DNA from: Clostridiales bacterium
Lineage (GTDB): Bacteria; Bacillota; Clostridia; Oscillospirales; Oscillospiraceae
Direction: 5' to 3'
Assembly (NCBI GenBank): GCA_022774865.1
Contig: JALFLH010000031.1
Location: 26,225 to 90,224 of the forward strand
DNA length: 64,000 bases
The notes under the pieces were generated by a model. The model searched no databases, was not told the DNA's origin, and saw only the letters and a list, made by a program, of their open reading frames with translations. Shown in pieces: positions 1 to 11,124 of the stretch (the first letter of the stretch is position 1; every line of letters starts with the position of its first letter). The position numbers and the translations under genes are program-made.

Positions 1-159
1 CCGGAAACCCGGTACGAAGCGCACACATTGATTCTGCCCGGGGGTCGGTTCCCCCGGACTGGCCGCGATATGCGATGTTTTGAATTGTCAGCCGGGAGAT
101 ATTCTGGAGTACAGCGCGGAGGATAAGGATACGTAATCGCTGAAAGAAACAGAAACTGC

Positions 160-208
160 AAAAAAGGACTGCTGCAAAACTTTCATTTTGCAGCAGTCCC
201 ATTTTTTC
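160..208. terminator. bidirectional rho-independent terminator
   Basis: Perfect 14-bp stem GGACTGCTGCAAAA (166-179) / TTTTGCAGCAGTCC (186-199). A-run before and T-run after. Lies just downstream of the protease stop at 221. Confidence 0.7.
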
Positions 209-220
209 GGGTATTGCGGG

Positions 221-3200
221 TTACTTGCTCAATGTCATTGTCATAGGCTGGAGCGTGACGGAAGTCATTTCCACAGCAGCCTGCGCGTTGGCCAGCTCAG
301 CAAAGCGGGCGGCTACAGCGGACTCGCCGCTGGGCTGCAGCTCAATCAAACCGCCGACGGGCCATACGCCGTCCGCAAAGGAACCGAGCTTGAATACGGA
401 GCCGCTGACCTCGCTGTCAATGGCGTACAGCGTCACCGCGTTTTTGCTCTGGTTGAAGCAGCTTGCGTAGGTGTATTCACCGTCAAAGTACAATGACTGG
501 AAGTAGGGTGTGTCACAGGTGATGCCGGTTGCAATCAGCAGACCCTTTTCTTCACCAAAGAAGCTAAAATACTCACCGTCCAGTTCGATGAAGGCTTCCA
601 TATACAGATTACCCTTTGCATCCAGCAGGTAATAGAAATCCATATACGCGCCGTAGTTGTCATTCATCATGGAGCCGGCGTAGGTAATGCCAACCAGATT
701 GTTGCTGCACCAATCCCATACGCCCGCATACTCACCGGTGGAAGGATCTACCATCAAAATATAGTTGAAGTAGGTCGCCAGCAGGTAGCCGCCCAGATGG
801 GGGGCGGAGGCAAGATCGGTGTAAGCGATGGACGAGGCGCCAACGGGAGTCACGGCGAAGGTGGCAGGATCCACGGTGTACAGCGTGGAGATAGCTTCGT
901 TGGTGTCCAGATCGCAAGCGAAGAGCGTGCCGTCAGCGCCATAGGCCATGGCATTGAGGGGCAGCTCGCTGGAGGTTTCGGTCAGCTTGGTGTAGTTGGG
1001 CAGGTTAGCGGTGTTAAACTGGCTGAACCAAACCTCTCCATTTTCGTCCCACACAAAGCCGTTGAGGTCTGTGGAGATTTCGACGACGGTAACCAGGCAT
1101 TCGGCCACCATCTCCGGATTTGCGGTAGCTGCGGCAGTGATGACACAGGTGCCTTCGCCGAGCGCGGTGACGATACCATTTTCGTTCACGGTTGCGACAG
1201 ACGCATCGTCGGAAGACCAGGTAACGCTCCGGTCGGCCAGCGTCTTGGGATTGGCCTGTGCCGTAAGCTTGGCGGTGTTGTTCTTGACCAGATACAGGGT
1301 ATCCTCACTGATGCTGACGCTCTCAACCTCGTTCGTCGGCTCGATGTTCAGGAACAGGCGGTAGGTGGAGATGTTGCCGGCATAGTCAATGACCTGAATC
1401 AGGTAGACATCCGCGTCCATCTCGGTGGCAAGCAGGCCGGTGGCGCTGGGCGCACCCACGGAGTATGTGGCCAGCAGTTCCTCACCGTCTTCCGCGTAGA
1501 GCAGGATGGCGGCGACGTTCTCGTTGTCGCTGACAGCCACGGCGATGCTGCCGGACTCATCGGAAACGGCGGTTACAACGGGAGCGGTGTTGTCGATGGT
1601 GAGCTGGGTGGTGAAGTAGGCGCCCTCGCCCAGACCGGACAGATCATAGGTTCCGTCCGCGGTGCGGTAATACTCGGGAGCCGCGGTGAAGGTCAGGTTG
1701 ACAGTGGTGCCCTCGGGCAACGGATTGCCGGAGGCATCGGTGCCGGCCCAGTTCAGTCCGATGGAAAACTGGGTATTTTTCCAGGATTCACTCTTGGTGT
1801 GGTAGTACGCGGCATACTGGGCATCCAGCGTACCGCCCAGGTATGTCTCGCCGGTTTCGGCATCGGTAATGGTCATGGATCGGATGCCGGCGTTCCGGAT
1901 CAGTGCGTAGTAGACGGCGTTGATGTAGTCGCCCTTCTGGTTGTTCATGGCGTTGCGGGCGGGATCATAGTCCTTTTCGTTGGCGTACAGATTGCCGCCG
2001 AAGAAATACTCACCGCTGTCTCCGGCGAAGCTGATGGAATAAGCGTTGCCGTAAACATAATTCTCGTTGACTAGGTAAGGAAGCCGTGTTTCCGTACCGT
2101 ACAGGTACTCCAGATAGGAGCCCTTGTCCAGCATGGAAGGATCGGTCCAGTTGCCGTAGTAAGCCAGAACCGGGATCGAGTGCGCGGAGGACTCACCTGT
2201 GGGCTTTGCGTAGACGTACGCTTCCACATACGCGCCGTCGGCGTAGTATTCATCCAGATATGCCTTGGTCTCATCGGTCAGGGCAATGGTGACGTTAACG
2301 ACGGCGGTCTTTCCCCTTCCAACGGTAACGGAGCTGGCAGTTCTGCCGTTCACCTTGAAGGAAATCTTCGCGTCAATCGGGGCTGTGCTGCCATAAAGGA
2401 GTGCTCCGTTCGTGTCCTGCGTGAACACATCCGCGCTGAGCTTGTAGGTTTCACTGCGCTTGGCAATATTGGTCATGGTAAAGCTGAAGCTGTAGACACC
2501 GGTTTTTTCGGGGTCATCTCCCAGTTCCGCCTTTACCTTACCATCCGCAGCGGAAGCGGTGGCATCGCTTCCCATCAGAATATATGTAGCGGCATTCATG
2601 GCATCGCTGACATTGGCAAGGCCGGCGCCCTGCTGCATGGGAGAGTAAATATAGCCGCCGGGCACTACCATGGGAGTAGCGGTAGACATCAGCAAAGACT
2701 GTGCCAGTGCGCGGTCAGTCAGACCATATTTGGACAGGCGGCTCAGATCGAGGGAGCCACTCAGCCCGACATTGGCGGCGGTATACAGCGACGAAATCCC
2801 GGAAGTTCCGCCCAGCAACCCCAGAATACCGCTGGGCAGTTTCCTGATTGTCAGGCGGTTCTGCTCAATGTAGCGCTTCAGCACCGCAGTCATGCCGGTG
2901 ATCTGAGGCGCGGCCATAGAGGTGCCGCTCATCAGCTCGTACTGATCCGTGCCACCGGCCAGGCTGCTTCCGGTATTATAGGTACCGGCTACTGAGTAGA
3001 CATTGCCGCCGGGGGCGGTGATCTCCGGCTTCAGAGACAGATCCCCGGGAACACCCCAGGAACTGAAGGAGCTCATGGTGTACCGCTCGGCGTTCTCGGG
3101 CAGGGGAGTAATCTCATCGCTGATTACGACGGAACCAGTGAAGTATTCGCTGCCCACATCAGTGGTTGCAGGGGTACTGGCGTCCAGGATGGCCGCGGCC

Positions 3201-4906
3201 ACATCCTGGGTGATGGAAACGCAGGGAGCGGTATACGCGTAGTTGCTCAGATCCATGGCGAACACACCGGTGAGGTTGTTGTACACAATGACCGCTGCCG
3301 CGCCCTTGGAGGCGGCGATGTTCGCTTTTTCGGAGAAGGTGATCGCGCCGCGGATACAGAATACAACCTTGCCGGTCAGATCAATGCCTTCGTAATCGGC
3401 CTCTTCACCGATGCCTTCAACAAAAACGTATTCATACGCATCGTCGGATGCCAGCGTGGTCAGAGGCAGATTGGTGTATTTGTTGCCGTTGGCACCTTCG
3501 GTGCTTTCGGTGTAGCTGTAGCTCTTGCCGTTGACCTGGAAACTGTAACCTACCACACCGTCATTATTGACGGAAGCAACCGTCAGACCGTTGGGATAGC
3601 TTCCGGGGCTGCCGCCGGTCTGGAAATTCACATCGTCACTGTACAGGTTGCCAGACTTGGTTTCATCAGCCCATGCGCCGTTGTTGCCGCCGGACATGAC
3701 CACTACGGTATTGGTGTTGGACAACCGATCCATCACATCCTGGTACAGCGTACTGGTGGTCATACCCGCGAAACCGGAACCCAGGGACAGGTTCACGGAA
3801 TCACAGCCCAGCAGAATCGCATCCTCGATGGCTGCCATGTAATCGGAATCATAGGCGCCGCCGTTCTGACCGAACACCTTCATCACCAGAACCTGAGCAT
3901 CCGGCGCGTTACCGGCCACACAGACGGAAGCAATGGCGTCTACATATCCATCCTCGGTCTTGATATAGCGGTTTGCCGCGGCGATACCGGCAACGTGGGA
4001 ACCGTGCTCGCCCGCCGTGTCATGAAGGTGGGTAACATCGGTGTTGATATCCACATAGTTGAACGCGAACGGAATCTTGTCGGAGATCACCAGATCCTCT
4101 GCGGTCAGATCACTGCCGTACAGAGCGGCGGCATTCAGATACTTCAAAGCCAGGGAAACCTTGCGGGCATTCAGCAGATCCAGTGTGGTGACATAGGGAA
4201 GCCACTTTTTCCCTGCCGCAGCGGCATCCTGCTTCAGCGCATACAGAAACGCGTCGTTGTCAAAAGACTGGTGGTCAATGTCCAGGCCGGTATCGATGAT
4301 GGCGATTCTGCTGCCCGCACCGGTATAGCCCTCCGCCCAGGCCTGCGCGGCACCGGTCATATTCCCGGCGGAGATGGCCATGTTGGGATCGGCGGAGGAT
4401 ACGGTGCCGCAGGGATTGTACTGGGTTTCCACCACGACCTCGTCAACGCCGCTGACGGACGCAATGGTGTCGAGGTCGCCGTAAACAATGTTGGCGGAGA
4501 TGATGTTGGCGGCCAGTCCCAGGTTCCACTGCACATTCAGATTCTTTCCGATCGCCTTGGAGATTTTCTTCTCCATGGACTTCTGATTGCTCTTGATGTT
4601 CTCCAAATACTTCAGTGCGGAAGCATTGTTGAGAATATCCGAGGTGGAATATCCAGCCTCAATGACGGAGTCGCCCTCCAGAACAATGGATACACGAACG
4701 GTATCTTTACTGTCGAACTGCTGGACAGGTGCCGTCGTCTGGACGGTTTCCCGTTGAATGGGGGAGCCCTTGATTGCGCTGTTATCAATCTGCTCAAAAC
4801 CAATGCTTTCATTGTCCGCCGCCATGGCGGGAACGGCAAAAGAAATCAGCATACAAAGAACCAGTGCAAACGAGAGCGTCTTTCTGAAAAGCGGGTGTTT
4901 TTTCAT
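221..4906 (-). CDS. secreted subtilisin-like (S8) cell-envelope serine protease, 1561 aa
   Basis: Catalytic motifs IAIIDTGLDIDH (Asp), HGSHVAGIAA (His) and SGTSMAAPQITG (Ser). Signal peptide MKKHPLFRKTLSFALVLCMLISFAVPAMA. Big_2-like segment (TAKLTAQANP...VTALGEGTCVITA). Start moved to the internal ATG at 4906, which has AAGGAG (4914-4919) upstream; the ORF-track start at 4981 lacks an RBS. Confidence 0.9.
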   Translation of the reverse strand: MKKHPLFRKTLSFALVLCMLISFAVPAMAADNESIGFEQIDNSAIKGSPIQRETVQTTAPVQQFDSKDTVRVSIVLEGDSVIEAGYSTSDILNNASALKYLENIKSNQKSMEKKISKAIGKNLNVQWNLGLAANIISANIVYGDLDTIASVSGVDEVVVETQYNPCGTVSSADPNMAISAGNMTGAAQAWAEGYTGAGSRIAIIDTGLDIDHQSFDNDAFLYALKQDAAAAGKKWLPYVTTLDLLNARKVSLALKYLNAAALYGSDLTAEDLVISDKIPFAFNYVDINTDVTHLHDTAGEHGSHVAGIAAANRYIKTEDGYVDAIASVCVAGNAPDAQVLVMKVFGQNGGAYDSDYMAAIEDAILLGCDSVNLSLGSGFAGMTTSTLYQDVMDRLSNTNTVVVMSGGNNGAWADETKSGNLYSDDVNFQTGGSPGSYPNGLTVASVNNDGVVGYSFQVNGKSYSYTESTEGANGNKYTNLPLTTLASDDAYEYVFVEGIGEEADYEGIDLTGKVVFCIRGAITFSEKANIAASKGAAAVIVYNNLTGVFAMDLSNYAYTAPCVSITQDVAAAILDASTPATTDVGSEYFTGSVVISDEITPLPENAERYTMSSFSSWGVPGDLSLKPEITAPGGNVYSVAGTYNTGSSLAGGTDQYELMSGTSMAAPQITGMTAVLKRYIEQNRLTIRKLPSGILGLLGGTSGISSLYTAANVGLSGSLDLSRLSKYGLTDRALAQSLLMSTATPMVVPGGYIYSPMQQGAGLANVSDAMNAATYILMGSDATASAADGKVKAELGDDPEKTGVYSFSFTMTNIAKRSETYKLSADVFTQDTNGALLYGSTAPIDAKISFKVNGRTASSVTVGRGKTAVVNVTIALTDETKAYLDEYYADGAYVEAYVYAKPTGESSAHSIPVLAYYGNWTDPSMLDKGSYLEYLYGTETRLPYLVNENYVYGNAYSISFAGDSGEYFFGGNLYANEKDYDPARNAMNNQKGDYINAVYYALIRNAGIRSMTITDAETGETYLGGTLDAQYAAYYHTKSESWKNTQFSIGLNWAGTDASGNPLPEGTTVNLTFTAAPEYYRTADGTYDLSGLGEGAYFTTQLTIDNTAPVVTAVSDESGSIAVAVSDNENVAAILLYAEDGEELLATYSVGAPSATGLLATEMDADVYLIQVIDYAGNISTYRLFLNIEPTNEVESVSISEDTLYLVKNNTAKLTAQANPKTLADRSVTWSSDDASVATVNENGIVTALGEGTCVITAAATANPEMVAECLVTVVEISTDLNGFVWDENGEVWFSQFNTANLPNYTKLTETSSELPLNAMAYGADGTLFACDLDTNEAISTLYTVDPATFAVTPVGASSIAYTDLASAPHLGGYLLATYFNYILMVDPSTGEYAGVWDWCSNNLVGITYAGSMMNDNYGAYMDFYYLLDAKGNLYMEAFIELDGEYFSFFGEEKGLLIATGITCDTPYFQSLYFDGEYTYASCFNQSKNAVTLYAIDSEVSGSVFKLGSFADGVWPVGGLIELQPSGESAVAARFAELANAQAAVEMTSVTLQPMTMTLSK

Positions 4907-5377
4907 ATTCTTACTCCTTTGCGTCGGATTTGCCGCTTTCCGCTTTCCGGAGCGCACATCCTTCAGAAATTGGCACGGCATGATGATGATACTATATCAT
5001 GGCTTTGTAAGAAATACAAGTGTTTTTGAGCAAAATACATTCCGGAATCTGTTTATGGTGGCATTGCCCCCAATTGGTTGGAACGCCAGGATTCCGTTCT
5101 CCGCATCGATCCATTGCATAATCACAGCGCTAATGAAAGAGGACAAGGCAGGAAGCCGTGAATCGGTTTCCTGCCTTGTGGCATATGCGCATGATGGGCA
5201 TCATTCGGGGGAGTGAAAGTCCTGAGTCAACCTGATGGTGGAAAGAGAATCATACCCCCTCATGTAGGTTTCTTATCCTACATAAGGGGGTGTTTTGTCT
5301 ATTGTCCAGTTTTACTGGTTCGGTTCATTCAGACGGGGCATCGGTGCTATATAGGGGGTCACCCAAAATCGGGTTGA

Positions 5378-8008
<2,631 letters not shown>

Positions 8009-8181
8009 CTCTAAAATACCCCTTTCAAATGTTTCGGATGCTCCAACGGCACCTGATTGTTTTTTGCAGAGATTTACTTTATTGCCCAAATAGTATAGCA
8101 TGGGCACCGCCTAAAATCAAATCTTTTTGTGGTATATTTCATCATTTTTCCTGTTTTGGGGTAGATTCACAAAAGTAAAAG

Positions 8182-8208
8182 AAAAAAGGCCCCACGTTGG
8201 GGCCTTTT
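8182..8208. terminator. rho-independent terminator downstream of lexA
   Basis: Stem GGCCCCA / TGGGGCC (8188-8194 / 8198-8204) flanked by an A-run and a T-run. Confidence 0.6.
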
Positions 8209-8264
8209 ATGGGCAAAATAGCAAAAGAAAATGGTACAAAAAAGATCGAAAGTGGTAAAGCTGC

Positions 8265-8843
8265 TCAATATTCCCGGACGACTGCCTTCACAAGGCCGAT
8301 GATTTCCGCCTCGCTGCCGTCGATGGGGGCATAATTGTCGTTTTCCGGCATCAGCCAGATTTCGCCGTTCCGGCGGCGCAGGCGCTTGACCGTAGCCTCG
8401 TCTCCGATGCGGGCGACCACTATCTGCCCATCGTCGGCGGTGGACTGGGGGCGTACAACCACCCTGTCACCGGAGAGAATCCCCGCGCCAATCATGCTGT
8501 CACCCCGCACCCGCAGGGCAAAGCAGCCCGGTTCGCCGTCCCAAACCATGGTTCCCTCCTGATTCTCCACAGCCAGAATGGGCAGGCCGGCCGTGACCAC
8601 GCCCACCACCGGAATCTGCCCGGGGCGGACGGCGGTGACGATGGCGCGCTTGCGTCCCTTGGCGCCGGGGGATTGCAGCAGTCCCTTTTCCTGAAGCGCC
8701 TGCAGATGATAGCTAACCGAGGCGGTGGAGCGCAGACCGACCGCTTGGCCAATCTCCCGGACAGAGGGAGAATAGCCGTTCTCCTGAATAAACTGGTTTA
8801 CATAATCAACAATCATTTGAGCCTTGTTACTGGTTCTGGGCAT
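8265..8843 (-). CDS. lexA: LexA repressor (S24 self-cleaving)
   Basis: Winged-helix N-terminus (SVREIGQAVGLRSTASVSYHLQALQEKGLL). S24 motifs VRGDSMIGAGI (Ser) and ATVKRL (Lys). RBS AGGAGGGAG. Confidence 0.93.
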   Translation of the reverse strand: MPRTSNKAQMIVDYVNQFIQENGYSPSVREIGQAVGLRSTASVSYHLQALQEKGLLQSPGAKGRKRAIVTAVRPGQIPVVGVVTAGLPILAVENQEGTMVWDGEPGCFALRVRGDSMIGAGILSGDRVVVRPQSTADDGQIVVARIGDEATVKRLRRRNGEIWLMPENDNYAPIDGSEAEIIGLVKAVVREY

Positions 8844-9032
8844 AGGACTCCCTCCTGAATCGAATGATAGATAACAGCATGGTACCGTAGAAACATTTGA
8901 TTACTTTCATAATAGCACAAATGGCCGAAAAACGGAAGCGAAATTTTTACTTTTTGTCCGTCCCGTTTCGACTTTATCCGCATTTGACGGGGCATATACT
9001 GAAATGAACACGCAGGAAAGGAGGGATAAACC

Positions 9033-9494
9033 ATGAACAGAATCGATCCGCAGAAGGAAGCCCGGGTCTGGGAGCGGGTAAAAGGCGCTCAGATGGAATC
9101 ATCGTCCCCGGAAGCGGGAATCCAAAATCTGCTGGCAAATGAATGGGCCTCAGCCTCGGCCTATCTGCAGATCGCCCGGCAGATGTCCTCCAGGGAAGCC
9201 GCAATTCTGCAGCGTCTGGCGCGGGAGGAGCAGACACACGCTGCCTGCCTGAAGGGAATTTTCGCCCTGATTACCGGGGAGCGCCCTGCGGTTCAGGCGG
9301 TACCGCCCCCCAGAGAGGCGCCGGCGCTGGCGCTTCGGAGGTGCTACGGCGCGGAAATGCGCAGCCTGAAGGAATACGAGTCCCGCAGTCAGGATCCGGA
9401 GTATGGCCCGGTATTTGCCCGCCTGGCCGAGCAGGAGCGGGAACACTGCAGGACGGTGCTGGAGCTGCTGGGATCGCTGCATCAGAATCCATAG
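9033..9494 (+). CDS. ferritin-like / rubrerythrin-like four-helix-bundle protein
   Basis: Repeated E..H-type helices (LAREEQTHAACL, LAEQEREHCRTVL). RBS AGGAAAGGAGGG. Divergent from lexA. Confidence 0.45.
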   Translation: MNRIDPQKEARVWERVKGAQMESSSPEAGIQNLLANEWASASAYLQIARQMSSREAAILQRLAREEQTHAACLKGIFALITGERPAVQAVPPPREAPALALRRCYGAEMRSLKEYESRSQDPEYGPVFARLAEQEREHCRTVLELLGSLHQNP

Positions 9495-9515
9495 AAAGTC
9501 GTCAGGCTTTCCGAG

Positions 9516-9551
9516 AAAAATGCCGCGCTGGATGAACAGCGCGGCATTTCA
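9516..9551. terminator. bidirectional terminator between the ferritin-like gene and galE
   Basis: Stem AAATGCCGCGCTG (9518-9530) / CAGCGCGGCATTT (9537-9549). Confidence 0.65.
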
Positions 9552-9560
9552 GCGTGATTG

Positions 9561-10577
9561 TTAATCGGCGAAGCCGTTGGGGTTTTTGCTCTGCCAGTTC
9601 CAGGAGTCCCGGCACATATCGGCCAGGGTGTGCTCTGCCTTCCAGCCCAGAACCTTTTCGCTTTTGGCGGGGTCGGCATAGCAGGTGGCGATGTCGCCGG
9701 GACGTCGCGCCACGATCTCATAGGGAACGGAAACACCGTTGACAGTCTGGAAGGTGTTGACCATATCCAGCACGGAGTAACCCACGCCGGTGCCCAGATT
9801 GAATACCTCACAGCCCTTGTGCGCGGTAATGTACTTCACCGCCGCCACATGACCTCTCGCCAGATCAACCACGTGGATATAGTCCCGGACGCCGGTGCCG
9901 TCGGGGGTATCATAGTCGTTGCCGAACACGCTCAGATGATCCCGGCGGCCGATGGCCACCTGGGTGATATAGGGCATCAGGTTGTTGGGAATACCCCGGG
10001 GGTCCTCGCCGATCATGCCGCTTTCGTGGGCGCCGATGGGGTTGAAGTAGCGCAGCAGCACCACGCTCCACGCCGGATCGGCGTGGGAAATGCCGGATAG
10101 AATCTGCTCGGTCATGTACTTGGTCCAGCCGTAGGGGTTGGTACAGTTGCCGGTGCGGCTGGTTTCCTTCAGGGGCATCTCGTTGTCGGCGGTGTAGACC
10201 GTGGCGGAGGAGGAGAAGATGATGTTCTTCATGCCCACTTCCTTCATGACCTTGGTCAGCACCAGCGTGGAATTCAGGTTGTTGTCGTAATATTCCCAGG
10301 GCATGGCGACGGACTCGCCCACGGCTTTGAGTCCCGCGAAGTGGATCACGCAGCCGATTTCGTTTTCCGCGAAGATTTTGCGCAGCAGCGCCTCATCCCG
10401 CACATCGCCCTCGTAGAATTTCAGGGTCTTGCCGGCAAGCTCCTGCACCCTGTCCAGACTTTTGGGGTTGGAATTACACAGATTGTCAATGACCACCACG
10501 CCATAGCCGCTCTCCAGCAGTTCCAGACAGGTGTGGCTGCCAATATACCCGGCGCCGCCGGTTACCAGTACGTTCAT
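9561..10577 (-). CDS. galE: UDP-glucose 4-epimerase
   Basis: Rossmann motif VLVTGGAGYIGSH, catalytic Y..K (PYGWTKYM), 338 aa, RBS AAGGAGG. Confidence 0.92.
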   Translation of the reverse strand: MNVLVTGGAGYIGSHTCLELLESGYGVVVIDNLCNSNPKSLDRVQELAGKTLKFYEGDVRDEALLRKIFAENEIGCVIHFAGLKAVGESVAMPWEYYDNNLNSTLVLTKVMKEVGMKNIIFSSSATVYTADNEMPLKETSRTGNCTNPYGWTKYMTEQILSGISHADPAWSVVLLRYFNPIGAHESGMIGEDPRGIPNNLMPYITQVAIGRRDHLSVFGNDYDTPDGTGVRDYIHVVDLARGHVAAVKYITAHKGCEVFNLGTGVGYSVLDMVNTFQTVNGVSVPYEIVARRPGDIATCYADPAKSEKVLGWKAEHTLADMCRDSWNWQSKNPNGFAD

Positions 10578-10748
10578 AAAAATATCCTCCTTGAAGATGC
10601 ATTTGCTTGATGTTTTTTCAATTTTATTTTATATCAGGTTCCGCGAATTTGCAATACCGTGGGGAATGATCCGGGTGCATATTTTAACCCTGTATGCGAT
10701 GCGGGAATCTGGACTGCGATTGCGTGGAAGAATCGAAGGATTTGAACC

Positions 10749-10777
10749 GCATAATCCGCCAATTCCTGCAAACAATA
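10749..10777 (+). promoter_or_regulatory. possible forespore (sigma-G/F-type) promoter of spoVT
   Basis: GCATA (10749-10753), 18 nt spacer, then ACAATA (10772-10777), about 35 nt upstream of the spoVT ATG. Only a partial match to GnATA-N17-18-CATnnTA. Confidence 0.25.
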
Positions 10778-10810
10778 CCATTGGAAACTGGGCACAAGGA
10801 GAGAAACGAA

Positions 10811-10996
10811 ATGAAAGCAACAGGAATCGTCCGCCGGGTCGACGACCTTGGCAGAATTGTGATCCCCAAAGAAATTCGCAGGACACTGCGCATCCGGGAA
10901 GGCGACCCGTTGTTAACATCATTGACACGGTGGGAAATTTTCAGCTTCGCAATGCTGGATCTGTCAAAAAGGAACCGCTGGGATGGTACATACTGA
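10811..10996 (+). pseudogene. spoVT: spoVT 5' fragment: 33 authentic SpoVT codons (10811-10909) plus a 28-codon tail encoded by the element
   Basis: MKATGIVRRVDDLGRIVIPKEIRRTLRIREGDP is near-identical to the AbrB-type N-terminus of SpoVT. After GDP the sequence (LLTSLTRWEIFSF...) loses all similarity. RBS AAGGAGAG at 10797-10804. Confidence 0.9.
10880..10927 (+). repeat. attL: 9-bp core GGCGACCCG (10901-10909) plus element-side inverted-repeat arm TTGTTAACATCATTGACA (10910-10927)
   Basis: The core is repeated exactly at 35648-35656. The arm is the reverse complement (16/18) of the arm at 35629-35647. Confidence 0.85.
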
Positions 10997-11124
10997 CGAA
11001 AAATGAAGTTTAACGGTATGTATTCGGGAAGGTAAAAATTGGGCATCTGCTATTCAAAGCAGATGCCCGGTTTTGTTGTTGGGGAACTTTTTGTTTAGAA
11101 TGTCGAAGAAATATTCCCTACAAA

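Noticed and set aside
1-136. A possible 3' end of a plus-strand gene before the terminator at 160-208.
   Set aside because: The frame ending at TAA 134-136 already contains a TGA near position 30, so no supportable coding segment remains.
5140-5300. The hairpins GGCAGGAA..TTCCTGCC (about 5146-5176) and CCCCCTCATGTAGG..CCTACATAAGGGGG (about 5255-5290), considered as the ppdK terminator or a regulatory RNA.
   Set aside because: They are plausible terminators, but the tails are weak and the orientation ambiguous. I found no recognisable riboswitch or leader motif.
8844-9032. An SOS (Cheo/LexA) box upstream of lexA itself.
   Set aside because: There is no GAAC-N4-GTTC. The best candidate, AGAAACATTTGATTAC, has only one acceptable half-site.
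10909-10917. GTTGTTAAC occurs at both junctions (10909-10917 and 35636-35644) and could be read as the crossover core.
   Set aside because: Joining spoVT at this repeat is out of frame (..GDPLLTRATRWKF..). GTTAAC is itself palindromic, so it appears direct although it belongs to the inverted-repeat arms. The GGCGACCCG repeat gives a perfect in-frame SpoVT.
10900-11013. A simple +1 frameshift or sequencing error after GDP in an AbrB-like gene. The alternative frame reads VVNIIDTVGNFQLRNAG...
   Set aside because: The authentic SpoVT continuation, including the whole C-terminal domain, is found at 35657-36100 with matching repeats. Insertion therefore explains the break better than a frameshift.
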